Assembly (NCBI GenBank): GCA_013821665.1
Contig: JACDGI010000001.1
Coordinates: forward strand, 1-58,387
DNA length: 58,387 nucleotides
Direction: 5' to 3'
Origin: Anaerolineae bacterium
GTDB taxonomy: Bacteria > Chloroflexota > Anaerolineae > Aggregatilineales > Phototrophicaceae
How positions within the stretch are numbered: position 1 is the stretch's first letter; each line of letters opens with the position of its first letter. A model generated the notes under the pieces. That model had not been told where the DNA came from. It made no database searches and saw nothing but the letters and a program-made list of their open reading frames with translations. This document shows positions 38,292 to 48,947 of this stretch, piece after piece. The translations under genes were made by a program, and so were the position numbers.

Positions 38292-38879
38292 CTACAAGTT
38301 TAACTTTCTAACGACATCTGCCAATTCTTCATCGGTAATACCTAAATACCGCTTTGTATAGGCGAGCGAATTGTGGTTCAGCTTGTGCATGATGAGTGCT
38401 AAGTCAACGCCACTAAGCCGGGCATGATAGCCCCACGTTTTGCGTAGGGTGTGGGTTCCAAAGTTACCCCGCAATCCGACATCGGTACAAATACCGGTGA
38501 TGAACTTCCAAGCCTGACCGCGTTTAATCGGATCATTGAACACATTCGTTTTGGTGTTGAAAAACACAAAGTGATTTGGATTATCCAAGACGGTAGGGTA
38601 GGCCACCAGATACTCACGCATGACTTCACTCATGCTGTCATTGATAATGACCTCATTTCGTTTTCCTCGTTTTTCTTCCCGAAGCCAAAACCGATCGCGT
38701 AATGCTCCCTGTTCATCGACAAAGTCGCCAATCTGGAGTTGCAAGAGGTCGGAAACGCGAAGGGCCGTATTGATGCCAACGACAAACAAGAGCAGATCAC
38801 GGAAACGCTGCTCGCCCCGGAGCTGATTTTTTATTTGAGCAATCTTTTTTCGATCCCGAATCGGTTCAACGAAATTCAT
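38292..38879 (-). CDS. Tyrosine recombinase (catalytic-domain-only, resolvase-like)
   Basis: GINTALRVSDLL (R), EEKRGK (K), THTLRKTWG (HxxR), LNH..., TKRYLGI (Y). Confidence 0.93.
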   Translation of the reverse strand: MNFVEPIRDRKKIAQIKNQLRGEQRFRDLLLFVVGINTALRVSDLLQLQIGDFVDEQGALRDRFWLREEKRGKRNEVIINDSMSEVMREYLVAYPTVLDNPNHFVFFNTKTNVFNDPIKRGQAWKFITGICTDVGLRGNFGTHTLRKTWGYHARLSGVDLALIMHKLNHNSLAYTKRYLGITDEELADVVRKLNL

Positions 38880-39174
38880 AATGGTTGTAACTTATACACC
38901 TGTGGAAACCTGTAAACACAATAGCACTATCGCTCAAATATGTCTACTAAGAAGACAAGGATAAACAGAATGTTCGTTGAAAAAGGCTCATTTTGAGGGA
39001 GAAATAGGAAGATAGTAGACACATTGCATATTGTGTCTACTAGAATAACTACATTCCCACAAAGTCACTCCCTATATCCTTCCTCATCATAGGGGGTGGG
39101 TAAAAGTTCGGTTATTTACGTAGTCTCGATAAACCCCCTTTATAATACGAGTATAAACTAGGGGGAGGTGTCCA

Positions 39175-42100
39175 GTGGAAGCCACAGTGACCCATCAGTT
39201 AAAAGGCTACGAGTTACGAGAACGAATTGGCGCAGGCGGATTCGGTGCTGTCTATAGCGCCTTTCAAACCACCGTTGGACGTGAAGTTGCGATTAAGATT
39301 ATCCTGCCGGGACTGGCAAATCAGCCCGAATTTATCCGCCGCTTTGAGGGCGAAGCCCAGATCGTTGCCCGGCTAGAGCATCCTCACATCGTTCCATTGC
39401 ATGATTACTGGCGTGATCCAGAGGGTGCTTATCTGGTGATGCGCAGGCTGCGGGGCGGTAGTCTACGAGATGCGCTGCAACAGGGTGCGTTTGATCTCCG
39501 CTCAGCAGCATTATTCTTAGATCAGGTCGCCGATGCGCTGTCGCTGGCACACCGGCATCAGGTGATTCATCGTGACATCAAACCCGGCAATATTCTGCTG
39601 GATGAAGATGGCAATGCCTATCTGACCGATTTTGGTATCGCCAAAGATTTGAACCTGCCCGGCAGTAACACCCTGCCCGATGCGATTGTTGGCTCACTGG
39701 ATTACATTTCGCCGGAACAGGCACGCAGCGAACCGATTACTGCCCGTACCGATATTTACAGTCTAGGGGTGACACTCTACGAAGCGATTACCGGAGAACA
39801 CCCCTTTCAGAATTTATCCTCTATTGAACGGCTCTACAAACACATCAACGACCCGCTGCCCGACATTACCACGCTCGATACTGCCGTCACCACCCAGGTT
39901 AATCGGGTTATCCAGAAAGCGACGGCCAAGAATCCCAATGACCGCTACGCTGATGCCCTGACATTTGCGACGGATTTTCGTGAATCCATCGGCATGAACC
40001 GCCCTATCACCAGTGCTGTAGAACTGCTGACGCAGCGCGAACAGGAAATCTTGCAACTGCTCATTGATGGGTTATCCAATAAAGAAATAGCACAGCGCGC
40101 GACCGTTACACTCAGTACGGTCAAATGGCATGTCAACCAGATCTACAGTAGACTCGGTGTGCGCAGCCGTGTTCAGGCAATCGTGCGAGCACGTGAGTTG
40201 AATCTGTTAACCAAATCCTCCCAGGAACACCCATTCGCATCAGTTCCAACTGAAGACTTCCACCCGGACAATCCCTATAAAGGGCTGCGCGCCTTCCAGT
40301 CTGCCGATAATCAGGATTTCTTCGGACGTGAGAAGGTCACGGCGAAGCTGGTCAAACGCCTGGAGGAAGCCCATGATTTCGCGCGCTTTCTGGCGGTGAT
40401 CGGTCCCAGCGGCAGCGGCAAGTCCAGTCTGGTCAAAGCCGGGCTGATCCCTGCTCTGTGGCGCGGCGAAATGCCCGGTTCAGAGAAATGGTTTGTCGTG
40501 GAGTTACTGCCGGGTATGCAGCCGCTGGATGAACTGGAAATCGCGCTTACTCGTGTGGCTGCCAACCATGCGGGCAGCCTCCACGAACAGCTAGTGCGTG
40601 ACCGACGCGGGCTGATTCGTGCCGCGCAGTTGATTTTGCCTGCCGATGGCAGCGAACTAGTGCTGGTGATTGACCAGTTTGAAGAAGTCTTTACGCTGCT
40701 CGAAGATGAAACCACCCGCACACAGTTCCTCGATCTGCTTTATACCGCTGTCACGGAAGCGCGCAGCCGCGTCCGCATCATCCTGACTCTGCGGGCTGAT
40801 TTTTATGATCGCCCGCTGAACTATCCTGAGTTTGGCGAACTCGTGCGATCCCGTTTAGAAACGATTATGCCACTTTCGGCCGAGGAGCTAGAACGCGCCA
40901 TCATGGGTCCGGCAAAACGAGTCGAGGTGACCTTTGAGCCGGGACTGGCAGCGGGCATCATTGCCGACGTGAATTACCAGCCGGGCGCGCTGCCCCTGCT
41001 GCAATATGCGCTGACCGAGTTATTTGAGCAGCGGCAGGGACATGTTTTAACGCGGGAAGCATATCAGGCGATTGGGGGCACTGTTGGCGCGCTGGCGAAC
41101 CGTGCTGAAGAAGTCTATTTGAGCATGGATGAGACGGAGCGGGAGGTCATACGGCAGTTGTTCCTGCGGCTGGTCACGCCGGGCGAAGGCACCGAGGACA
41201 CGCGCCGACGGGTGACCCGCTCGGAACTGCTAGCGATTGCGCCGGAGGCCGATATGATGGACGAGATTATCGACACCTTTGCCAGCTACCGGCTGGTTTC
41301 GCTGGATACCGATGCGGGCACCCGCGCACCCACTGTTGAAGTCGCTCATGAGGCACTGCTGCGGTCATGGGAACGGCTGCGCGGCTGGCTGACCGAGAGC
41401 CGGGACGAAATTAAGGTACAGCGCCAGTTAGGGACGATGGCGGCGGAGTGGCGCGAATCCGGGCAGGATAGCAGCTTTCTGGCGCGGGGCAGTCGCCTCA
41501 ACCAGTTTGAAGCATGGGCAAAAGACACCCGCCTGGCACTGACCACAGCCGAGCGTGCCTACCTGGATGCCAGTATTGTACAGCGTGACCTGGAAGCAAA
41601 AGCGGAAAGCGAACAGAAGGCGCGAGAAAAGGTACTTGAACGGCGTTCGTTGACCTTTCTGCGTGGACTGGTGGCGGTGTTGGTACTGGCAACCCTCGGC
41701 GCATTTGGACTTTCTGGCGTGGCGCTGAATCAAAGCCGCATAGCCGACCAGAACGCTGTGCGGGCTGATCGCAACGCGGCAGAAACGCAGAATGTCGCGC
41801 TAACGGCTGGCTCACAGGCCGCGCTGGCAAACGGCAGTACCGATCAAGCGATTGCCCTGGCGCTGGAAGCTGTTCGCCTGGACCCGTCCTCAGCCCCGGC
41901 GCAGGTCGCGCTGGGAGAGGCAGCTTATGCGCCGGGAACGATCCGCCAACTTATCGGCCATACCGGTGAGGTCTGGGGTGTCGCCTTCAGCCCGGATGGT
42001 CGCACGGCGGTTTCCGGTGGCGATGATAAAGCGCTGATGCTGTGGGATGTAGCAACCGGCGCGATGATTCGCCGCTTTGCCGATGGACATACTGAGGGTC

Positions 42101-43845
42101 ATATCAAAGTGGCCTTCAGCCCGAATGGTCAAACGGTGCTGTCCGGCGCAGCCGATGGTCAGGTCATTCTGTGGGATGTGGCAACCGGGAACATTATCCG
42201 ACATTTTGAAGGGCATACTGGCTGGATTGGGGATGTAAAGTTCAGCCCGGATGGTCGCACAGCCTTATCCTGCGGAAAGGATAAGACGCTGATTCTGTGG
42301 GATGTGGCAACCGGTGCGATGATTCGGCGCTTTGAAGGGCATACGGACGGTGTACAACAAATAGTCTTCAGCGCCGACGGGCGCACGGCGCTGTCTGGCT
42401 CTAACGATAAGACGCTGATTCTGTGGGATGTGGCAACCGGTGCGTCACTTAAGCAGTTTGGCGGCAGCACAGATATATTGACTGTTGATCTCAGCCCGGA
42501 TGGTCGCTATGCGCTCAGTGGCGGCTCGTTGGATACGTTCGTGTACTTGTGGGATGTGACGACGGGCGAGACAATCCGGCGTTTCGAGGGGCACACGAGA
42601 CCGTTGCGTGACGTTAAGTTCAGCCCGGACGGCCAACAGGCTCTTTCTGGGGCAGCGGACGGATCACCGATTCTTTGGGATGTGGCAACAGGGCAAATCG
42701 TCAGACGTCTGTGCTGCCATTCTGGTGAGGTTCATCGTGTCGTTTTCAGCCCGGATGGGCGTTATGCGCTCTCTGGAGCCTCCGACAAGACCGTCCGCCT
42801 GTGGGATTTGAGGCCTGGATACATCGTCCGGCAGTTTGCCGGGCATATGAGTTGGGTCATGGGGTTTGTGATCAGTCCCAACGGCCTAACAGTGCTCAGT
42901 GCTTCCTGGGCAGGCACGGCAAGCCTAACGGACCTGCAAACCGGGCAAGACCTATACCGTTTGACCGAACCTATCGCCCTGAACGGCTCGGCATACTCGC
43001 CTGATGGTCATACCGCGATTATTGCTGAGGGCAACGGTGGCGGAAGTATACGAGATGAGCCAGGTGGCATCATCGTGTGGAATCTGGATACTGGACAGAT
43101 CATCCGCCGGATTGCCTATCCCCAGCCGGTCATTGCCATCGCCTTCAGACCAGATGGGCGAACATTCCTTTCCGGTGCGGCTGATGGATCGGTGGTTTTG
43201 TGGGATGTGGCGACTGGGGAGATCATTCGTCACTTTGCCGGGCATAATGTGGCGGTCATCAATGTAGCCTTTAATCCTGATGGGCGCACCGCCCTAACCG
43301 GCGCAACCGATGGATCATTGTTCCTGTGGGCTGTAGACACAGGTCAGCTCATTCAGCGCTTTGTGGGTCAAACTGATCTGGTTGGTCACATCGCATTCAG
43401 CAAAGATGGGCATGCCATTGTGACTGATGGGGCGGCCAGCGGTTCATATCTGTGGGATACGGCCAGTGGGACGCTGCTCCGCCATCTTGATGGGGGGCAT
43501 GTCTTCAGCCCGGATGACAAGATGATTTTTGGCTATGCGGGCAGTGCGATGGGTCAGAACAGCGATGTCGTGATTGACCTGGCGACAAGCAATACCATCC
43601 GTCGTTTTACCGGGTTTGATGGAATTGCCGTTCAAAGTCGCTTTACCCTCAATGGTCATAGTGTGCTGATTGGTTTCTCTAACGGGAAAATGCAGGAGTG
43701 GCGAATGGACACGCTAGATGAGTTAATCGCCTGGACACGCGCCAACCGTTACATTCCAGAACTGACCTGCGACCAGCATGAGCTGTATCGGCTCGAACCA
43801 CGCTGTGAACCGGAGACAGGATCAAGTCCGGCAGCGGACACGTAA
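39175..43845 (+). CDS. Ser/Thr kinase - LuxR HTH - STAND NTPase - TM - WD40 repeat protein
   Basis: IGAGGFG, HRDIKPGN, TDFGIAK; LTQREQEIL...SNKEIA...TVKWHV; GPSGSGKSS, LVIDQFEE; more than 12 GH...WD repeats. Confidence 0.95.
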   Translation: MEATVTHQLKGYELRERIGAGGFGAVYSAFQTTVGREVAIKIILPGLANQPEFIRRFEGEAQIVARLEHPHIVPLHDYWRDPEGAYLVMRRLRGGSLRDALQQGAFDLRSAALFLDQVADALSLAHRHQVIHRDIKPGNILLDEDGNAYLTDFGIAKDLNLPGSNTLPDAIVGSLDYISPEQARSEPITARTDIYSLGVTLYEAITGEHPFQNLSSIERLYKHINDPLPDITTLDTAVTTQVNRVIQKATAKNPNDRYADALTFATDFRESIGMNRPITSAVELLTQREQEILQLLIDGLSNKEIAQRATVTLSTVKWHVNQIYSRLGVRSRVQAIVRARELNLLTKSSQEHPFASVPTEDFHPDNPYKGLRAFQSADNQDFFGREKVTAKLVKRLEEAHDFARFLAVIGPSGSGKSSLVKAGLIPALWRGEMPGSEKWFVVELLPGMQPLDELEIALTRVAANHAGSLHEQLVRDRRGLIRAAQLILPADGSELVLVIDQFEEVFTLLEDETTRTQFLDLLYTAVTEARSRVRIILTLRADFYDRPLNYPEFGELVRSRLETIMPLSAEELERAIMGPAKRVEVTFEPGLAAGIIADVNYQPGALPLLQYALTELFEQRQGHVLTREAYQAIGGTVGALANRAEEVYLSMDETEREVIRQLFLRLVTPGEGTEDTRRRVTRSELLAIAPEADMMDEIIDTFASYRLVSLDTDAGTRAPTVEVAHEALLRSWERLRGWLTESRDEIKVQRQLGTMAAEWRESGQDSSFLARGSRLNQFEAWAKDTRLALTTAERAYLDASIVQRDLEAKAESEQKAREKVLERRSLTFLRGLVAVLVLATLGAFGLSGVALNQSRIADQNAVRADRNAAETQNVALTAGSQAALANGSTDQAIALALEAVRLDPSSAPAQVALGEAAYAPGTIRQLIGHTGEVWGVAFSPDGRTAVSGGDDKALMLWDVATGAMIRRFADGHTEGHIKVAFSPNGQTVLSGAADGQVILWDVATGNIIRHFEGHTGWIGDVKFSPDGRTALSCGKDKTLILWDVATGAMIRRFEGHTDGVQQIVFSADGRTALSGSNDKTLILWDVATGASLKQFGGSTDILTVDLSPDGRYALSGGSLDTFVYLWDVTTGETIRRFEGHTRPLRDVKFSPDGQQALSGAADGSPILWDVATGQIVRRLCCHSGEVHRVVFSPDGRYALSGASDKTVRLWDLRPGYIVRQFAGHMSWVMGFVISPNGLTVLSASWAGTASLTDLQTGQDLYRLTEPIALNGSAYSPDGHTAIIAEGNGGGSIRDEPGGIIVWNLDTGQIIRRIAYPQPVIAIAFRPDGRTFLSGAADGSVVLWDVATGEIIRHFAGHNVAVINVAFNPDGRTALTGATDGSLFLWAVDTGQLIQRFVGQTDLVGHIAFSKDGHAIVTDGAASGSYLWDTASGTLLRHLDGGHVFSPDDKMIFGYAGSAMGQNSDVVIDLATSNTIRRFTGFDGIAVQSRFTLNGHSVLIGFSNGKMQEWRMDTLDELIAWTRANRYIPELTCDQHELYRLEPRCEPETGSSPAADT

Positions 43846-43891
43846 ATTTCGGTGCAATGGGGTTACACAAATTAGACAGAAATTAAAGCTC

Positions 43892-43918
43892 AGAGACGAC
43901 TGGTCGTCGTCTCTTTTT
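43892..43918 (+). terminator. Intrinsic terminator
   Basis: AGAGACGAC-TGGTC-GTCGTCTCT followed by a T run. Confidence 0.8.
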
Positions 43919-44083
43919 GCGTTTCACCTGCCAAATCCGCTTTTGTAATCGCACTCCATCCAGGGGGTGGGTAAAGGTACGGCATGTTCCCACAGCACAG
44001 ATGATTGGCCCTATACTGCGAATATCAGTCGGCAAGGCGCCTTGCGGATTGCCATTCGTCCAACAAGAAGACAGGAAATCACA

Positions 44084-45055
44084 ATGAAGTTAAACCGTTT
44101 ACTCAGTCTGATGATTATTGTTTTGCTGTGCTCCACGTCCGTCCTGGTTTTTGCCCAGGATGCCACCCCGGAAGCAACGGAGGAGGCGCTTGCGTCCTGC
44201 ACCGCTCTACACCCATGTACCACCATTCTCTCAACCGATGGGGGGATTGCGCCGCAGGCCGCTGTCTACGGCGATGTTGGGGGCGTCGAACTAACCCTCG
44301 ACGTTTACGAGCCGCCGCCCAGTGACAGCCCCCGCGCCGCCGTCATCCTCATTCACGGCGGAGCCGGGAGCTTCGGCGACCGGAGCGTCGAAGCCGACCG
44401 CGCAGAGGGACTCGCTACTAACGGCTACGTCGCCTTCAATATCGATTACCGCCTTCTGGACGAAGGGAAGAATCCCTGGCCCGCCCAGATCGAAGACGCT
44501 CAACTCGCCGTGCGCTGGATACGCGCCAACGCCGCCAAATACAACGTCGATCCTGCGCGGATTTGCTCGCTCGGTCACTCCTTCGGCGGACAACTGGCGG
44601 CGCTCTTAGGCGAGCGCGAAACCCCAACCGGCGATAAGGTGCCGCTGGCGGAATATTCCAGCAAGGTCGCCTGCGTCGTCGATATTGCTGGGTCATTAGA
44701 CTCGCTGCGCCCGATAAACGACGTGACCCTTCAGTCGGTCGTGACCGGATTATATGGCGGCACGGCGTATGAGGTACGGGATAATTACCTGAGTGCTTCA
44801 GCGCTGGCGCAGGTCGATGCAAACACGGCCCCCTTTCTCATCTTCCATGGCGCGGACGATGAGAATATCTCAGTTGAGGAGTCGCGGCAGATGGTTGATG
44901 CTCTGCATCGGGCAGGGGTGGAAGTCGTCTACGTGGAATACCCCCACGCTACGCATTTCTACTGGATCAGCTTCTTTAAAATCAAAGGTTCGTGGGACAC
45001 GGTGGCACCGGAGACGCTCGCCTTCCTGGGACATCACCTAAAAGCTGTGAAGTAG
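44084..45055 (+). CDS. Secreted alpha/beta hydrolase (HSL-like esterase/lipase)
   Basis: Signal peptide from ATG 44084; IHGGA, GHSFGG nucleophile elbow, FHGADD, ATH. Confidence 0.92.
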   Translation: MKLNRLLSLMIIVLLCSTSVLVFAQDATPEATEEALASCTALHPCTTILSTDGGIAPQAAVYGDVGGVELTLDVYEPPPSDSPRAAVILIHGGAGSFGDRSVEADRAEGLATNGYVAFNIDYRLLDEGKNPWPAQIEDAQLAVRWIRANAAKYNVDPARICSLGHSFGGQLAALLGERETPTGDKVPLAEYSSKVACVVDIAGSLDSLRPINDVTLQSVVTGLYGGTAYEVRDNYLSASALAQVDANTAPFLIFHGADDENISVEESRQMVDALHRAGVEVVYVEYPHATHFYWISFFKIKGSWDTVAPETLAFLGHHLKAVK

Positions 45056-45352
45056 GGCACTGCCAATGTGTTCACGCTGAGATCATGCCAAAAGTATGGC
45101 ATGATCTCAACTAGCGCATACGCGACGAAAACGAGGATTTCAGGTAGGAAGTGGGATAGACTTTATCTTCCATTTTTGCTCAACGATAGTGCTGTTATCT
45201 GTAGAAAAATGGTCACGATAATCCTGCTTTACATCTCTTATTTGAAGGAAAATTACGGCATTTGTTCGTTTATTTGCTATCTTTCCTTAACCGAAAACGT
45301 CTGTTATTCTGATAACAATTCTTAACCACCAATACGTTTTGGGTTAATTTCT

Positions 45353-45967
45353 ATGAAACCCCAAAAAACACATGCCTACCTCCGAGTCTCAACGGACGAA
45401 CAAGACCTGAGAAAAAATAGGGCAGACATTCTCCACCTTGCCAATGAAAAGAATTTAGGGAAAGTCATCTGGGTTGAAGAAACCATTTCTGGGCGCATGT
45501 CTTGGAAGAAACGCAAGATTGCTCAGGTCATTGATGAGATGGGGGAGGGGGATACTCTCATCGTTAGTGAGCTATCTCGGCTTGGCCGTTCTATGTTGGA
45601 AATCATGGAAATTTTGTCAGTTGCCATACAAAAGGGTATCCATATCTATTCTGTAAAAGGTAATTGGCAACTTGATGACACCCTTCAGTCCAAAGTAGTG
45701 GCAATGGCTTTTGCCATCGCAGCGGAAATCGAGCGCGACCTAATCAGTCAACGGACAACCGAGGCGCTGGCGGCCAGAAAACGAGCAGGGGTGAAACTTG
45801 GGCGACCCAAAGGGGTAGGCAAAAGCAAACTGGATCAGTACAGGGTAGAAATTGAAGCCCTTATAGCCAATGGTTCCTCGCAAAAGTTTGTTGCACAGCG
45901 GTATGGGACATCAGCAGTCAATGTCAGCCGGTGGATGAAGAAGCACGGGCTGAAAAAGAAAGGGTAG
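45353..45967 (+). CDS. Serine recombinase (resolvase family)
   Basis: AYLRVSTDEQ, GDTLIVSELSRLGRS, AEIERDLISQRT, LGRPKG, HTH. Confidence 0.95.
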   Translation: MKPQKTHAYLRVSTDEQDLRKNRADILHLANEKNLGKVIWVEETISGRMSWKKRKIAQVIDEMGEGDTLIVSELSRLGRSMLEIMEILSVAIQKGIHIYSVKGNWQLDDTLQSKVVAMAFAIAAEIERDLISQRTTEALAARKRAGVKLGRPKGVGKSKLDQYRVEIEALIANGSSQKFVAQRYGTSAVNVSRWMKKHGLKKKG

Positions 45968-46164
45968 TGAAGGAAATAGATACTTTATTCCAACTGCTCC
46001 CCATTGAATGGCAGAATAATTCTTGACAACCCCGCTTTACCCTATAGTTTCCGAATGGCTTACAAAATAAGGTCATTTGGCCTATTAAACTGAGACGATT
46101 GTGTTCTAGTATAGTTTGCCGGGTTTGAAGAAACCTCTATAATTAATGTTTGAAATGCTCCACT

Positions 46165-46452
46165 ATGAACTTTATAACCGATACCTTAACCAATGTTACA
46201 TTAAGCGATACCGGTTCAGTTATCTTCTATTACGGAGCCTATTCTTTCCTGCTTCAGAATCTGATTGCTAATGCTGAATTTACGCTTGTGTATAGTCCGA
46301 GGGACAACAACGGTTGGGAGGCTACAAGTTATCGTGTCTTGGCCGATAAGAAGGGTTATATCGTTGTTGAGAATCGTTTACTAAAGGCTGCTGAAATCCC
46401 ACATTTTAAGAAAATGATGACCAGACTATCCTCAGTACAATCTATTGAATAG
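46165..46452 (+). CDS. Small hypothetical protein
   Basis: ORF ending 10 nt before the AI-2E gene; start uncertain. Confidence 0.45.
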   Translation: MNFITDTLTNVTLSDTGSVIFYYGAYSFLLQNLIANAEFTLVYSPRDNNGWEATSYRVLADKKGYIVVENRLLKAAEIPHFKKMMTRLSSVQSIE

Positions 46453-46462
46453 GCTGTAAGTT

Positions 46463-47743
46463 ATGACTATGACTCAACCACACCTAATCCCTTCAACTTG
46501 GACACCCCGTCGCATCATTCTGGGAACCCTCGTAGTTCTTCTAGTTATCGCTGGGTTCCTGCTGCTCTATCGCTTTCGCCAAGTGGCGGTCATTGTCTTT
46601 AGCGGCATCGTCATTAGCATCGCGATAGCACCCAGCGTCGACTGGCTCCAAAAGCGCGGGCTACCCCGCTCGTTGAGTGTGATCCTCATCTACCTCGTGC
46701 TGCTGGTGTTGATTGTAATCTCTCTCGTTTTGCTTGTTCCTCCCATCATTGAGCAACTGAATGCCACCGTTCCTAGGATTGAAAGCTATTACCAGGACTT
46801 GAAGGGGATGCTGCTGAATTCACCGCTGCTGGCGCTCCGGCAAATAGCCTCGCAACTGCCAGCCCAGCTTAATTTGACACCATCCGCAGCGGGTTCACCA
46901 TCTGCGCAAGGCTCGTTGGATGCGGTCGGCGAGGTACTGAATACCACAGGCAGTATCTTTAGCGGACTCTTTACCCTGACCGCAATATTTTTAATCGGTT
47001 TTTATTGGACACTGGAGGGTGAAGGTATAACGCGTTTGTTATTGCTGCGTCTGCCCAATGACAAACGGGAGAGTACGCGTGAGATACTCAGTGAGATTGA
47101 AATGCGCGTGGGCGGCTATGTACGCGGACAGGGGATTATGGCGCTGACCATCATGGTCGCGGATTTCGTGATCTTTCTATTGATCGGTTTACCGGCAGCG
47201 CTGCCAGTAGCGGTATTGGCGGGTCTGTTCGAGGTGATCCCGGTGTTAGGTCCCACTCTAGGCGCGATCCCGGCTATATTAGTGGCTTTCTCTTCCGACT
47301 CATCGAAAGTTGTATTGGTCATCGTAGCGGGGGCGCTCGTTCAACTTTTTGAGAATAACGTGCTGGCACCGCGTGTGATGCATAAAGCGGTGGGCATCAA
47401 CCCGATCGTCACGCTGCTGGCTATCGTAGCTTTTGGCGCCCTGTTTGGCTTCGCCGGTCTGTTGCTGGCTATTCCAATAGCAGCAATTATTCAGATTTTT
47501 GTTGACCGCTCCCTACTGCGCCCGCAAGCTTCGGGGCTGGAAGCGCCACTCGGACGCGACCGGTTGAGCAAACTCCGTTTTGATGTGCAAGAATTCGTGG
47601 TCGATGTCCGTAAACTGGCTCAGAACAAACCCACTGGTACAGCCGAATCTGAAGTCGACCCGATTGAGGACAGTCTGGAAGGGATGGCTATGGAACTTGA
47701 CCAGCTGCTATCTCCAGCCGCTTTACCGGAGGATGCCTCATGA
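46463..47743 (+). CDS. AI-2E family transporter
   Basis: Multi-TM; GGYVRGQ, EVIPVLGP, QLFENNVLAPRVM, FGFAGLLLAIPIAA. Confidence 0.93.
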   Translation: MTMTQPHLIPSTWTPRRIILGTLVVLLVIAGFLLLYRFRQVAVIVFSGIVISIAIAPSVDWLQKRGLPRSLSVILIYLVLLVLIVISLVLLVPPIIEQLNATVPRIESYYQDLKGMLLNSPLLALRQIASQLPAQLNLTPSAAGSPSAQGSLDAVGEVLNTTGSIFSGLFTLTAIFLIGFYWTLEGEGITRLLLLRLPNDKRESTREILSEIEMRVGGYVRGQGIMALTIMVADFVIFLLIGLPAALPVAVLAGLFEVIPVLGPTLGAIPAILVAFSSDSSKVVLVIVAGALVQLFENNVLAPRVMHKAVGINPIVTLLAIVAFGALFGFAGLLLAIPIAAIIQIFVDRSLLRPQASGLEAPLGRDRLSKLRFDVQEFVVDVRKLAQNKPTGTAESEVDPIEDSLEGMAMELDQLLSPAALPEDAS

Positions 47744-48915
47744 AACGTTTGGCAGGGTCTACCGCACTGGTTTTAGTCACGCTCACGGCAGTCTTTCTCG
47801 TCTGGCAATTGAGCAGTGCTGTGGTGCTGTTTATCTTATCGCTGGTTATTGCGGCCACCATACGGCCTTTGATCGATTGGTTTGCAGCGCGAGGCCTGCC
47901 GCGTGCGTTAGCGCTACTGTTGGCGTATGTTGTCTGTGTCGGCTCTATCATCGCTCTAATAACCGTCTTAGGCGGATCTTTGTTGCCTGAACTTCAACAG
48001 CTTACCAAAGATGCGACCAGCGGTTACGAACAGCTTATCGCGCAATGGCCCAAGGGCACGTCATTTCAACAGTCCCTTGCCCAACGGCTGCCTGCGGCCA
48101 GTGATCTCTACGCGACCATCACCGGCGCACAGGGTGGTACGCTGCTCCAGACCGCTCTGGGGTTCACACTGGGTTCATTTGATGTGCTTGGCCAGTTGCT
48201 GATCAGCCTGGTGATCAGCATTTACTGGAGTACCGACCAGGAACACTTCAAGCGTTTGTGGGTATCACTACTACCCGTCGAGATGCGGGCTCGCGCTCGC
48301 GACATCTGGCAAAACATTGAGCTTGGCATGGGCGGCTATCTGCGCAGCGAGTTAATCCAGAGCGTGTTAGCCCTGATTTTGCTGGGTATTGGCTATCATG
48401 TATTGGGCTTGAAGTATGCAACCGCATTGGCTCTCATTGGAACCATTGGTTGGCTTATTCCGTGGGTGGGAGTCCTGTTGGCCGTCATTCCCGCTGTCTT
48501 AGTGGGTCTGTCCATGAGTCCAGCACTCGGAATATTGACGGCGGTAATGACCATTGCGGTATTGGCCTTTCTGGAGTTTGTTATCGAACCGCGCCTGTTC
48601 AATCGCCGGAATTTCAGTTCGCTGCTGGTGGTGATTGTCGTGCTGGTGCTGCTTGATCAATTAGGTCTGATAGGTATTCTGATCGCACCGCCACTGGCCG
48701 CTGTGCTTCAGATCTTTGCCAGCCAACTCTTTCGCTCGACGATACCCGCTCCAACCCTTCAACTGACTCAACCGATCAGCGCTTTGCAGGAGCGGCTCAG
48801 CGTTATTCAAAGCGGGCTAACCGCGCAGCCCGAAGCGACCACACCCGAGATTACTAATTTGATGGCGCGTTTGACCCAGCTCATTGCAAGAGCGACAGAC
48901 AGTTCTGAGTCGTAA
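47740..48915 (+). CDS. AI-2E family transporter (second paralog)
   Basis: ATGA overlap with the upstream gene; GGYLRSE, LIPWVG, LEFVIEPRL, LGLIGILIAPPLAA. Confidence 0.9.
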   Translation: MKRLAGSTALVLVTLTAVFLVWQLSSAVVLFILSLVIAATIRPLIDWFAARGLPRALALLLAYVVCVGSIIALITVLGGSLLPELQQLTKDATSGYEQLIAQWPKGTSFQQSLAQRLPAASDLYATITGAQGGTLLQTALGFTLGSFDVLGQLLISLVISIYWSTDQEHFKRLWVSLLPVEMRARARDIWQNIELGMGGYLRSELIQSVLALILLGIGYHVLGLKYATALALIGTIGWLIPWVGVLLAVIPAVLVGLSMSPALGILTAVMTIAVLAFLEFVIEPRLFNRRNFSSLLVVIVVLVLLDQLGLIGILIAPPLAAVLQIFASQLFRSTIPAPTLQLTQPISALQERLSVIQSGLTAQPEATTPEITNLMARLTQLIARATDSSES

Positions 48916-48947
48916 TCTGAACTTTGTGAAAATGATGGGGTCGGCCA

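Noticed and set aside
41950-43400. Regularly spaced DNA repeats (TTCAGCCCGGATGG, CTGTGGGATGTGGCAAC) resembling an array
   Set aside because: They are the codons of WD40 repeats in an open ORF, not CRISPR repeats; no cas genes are present
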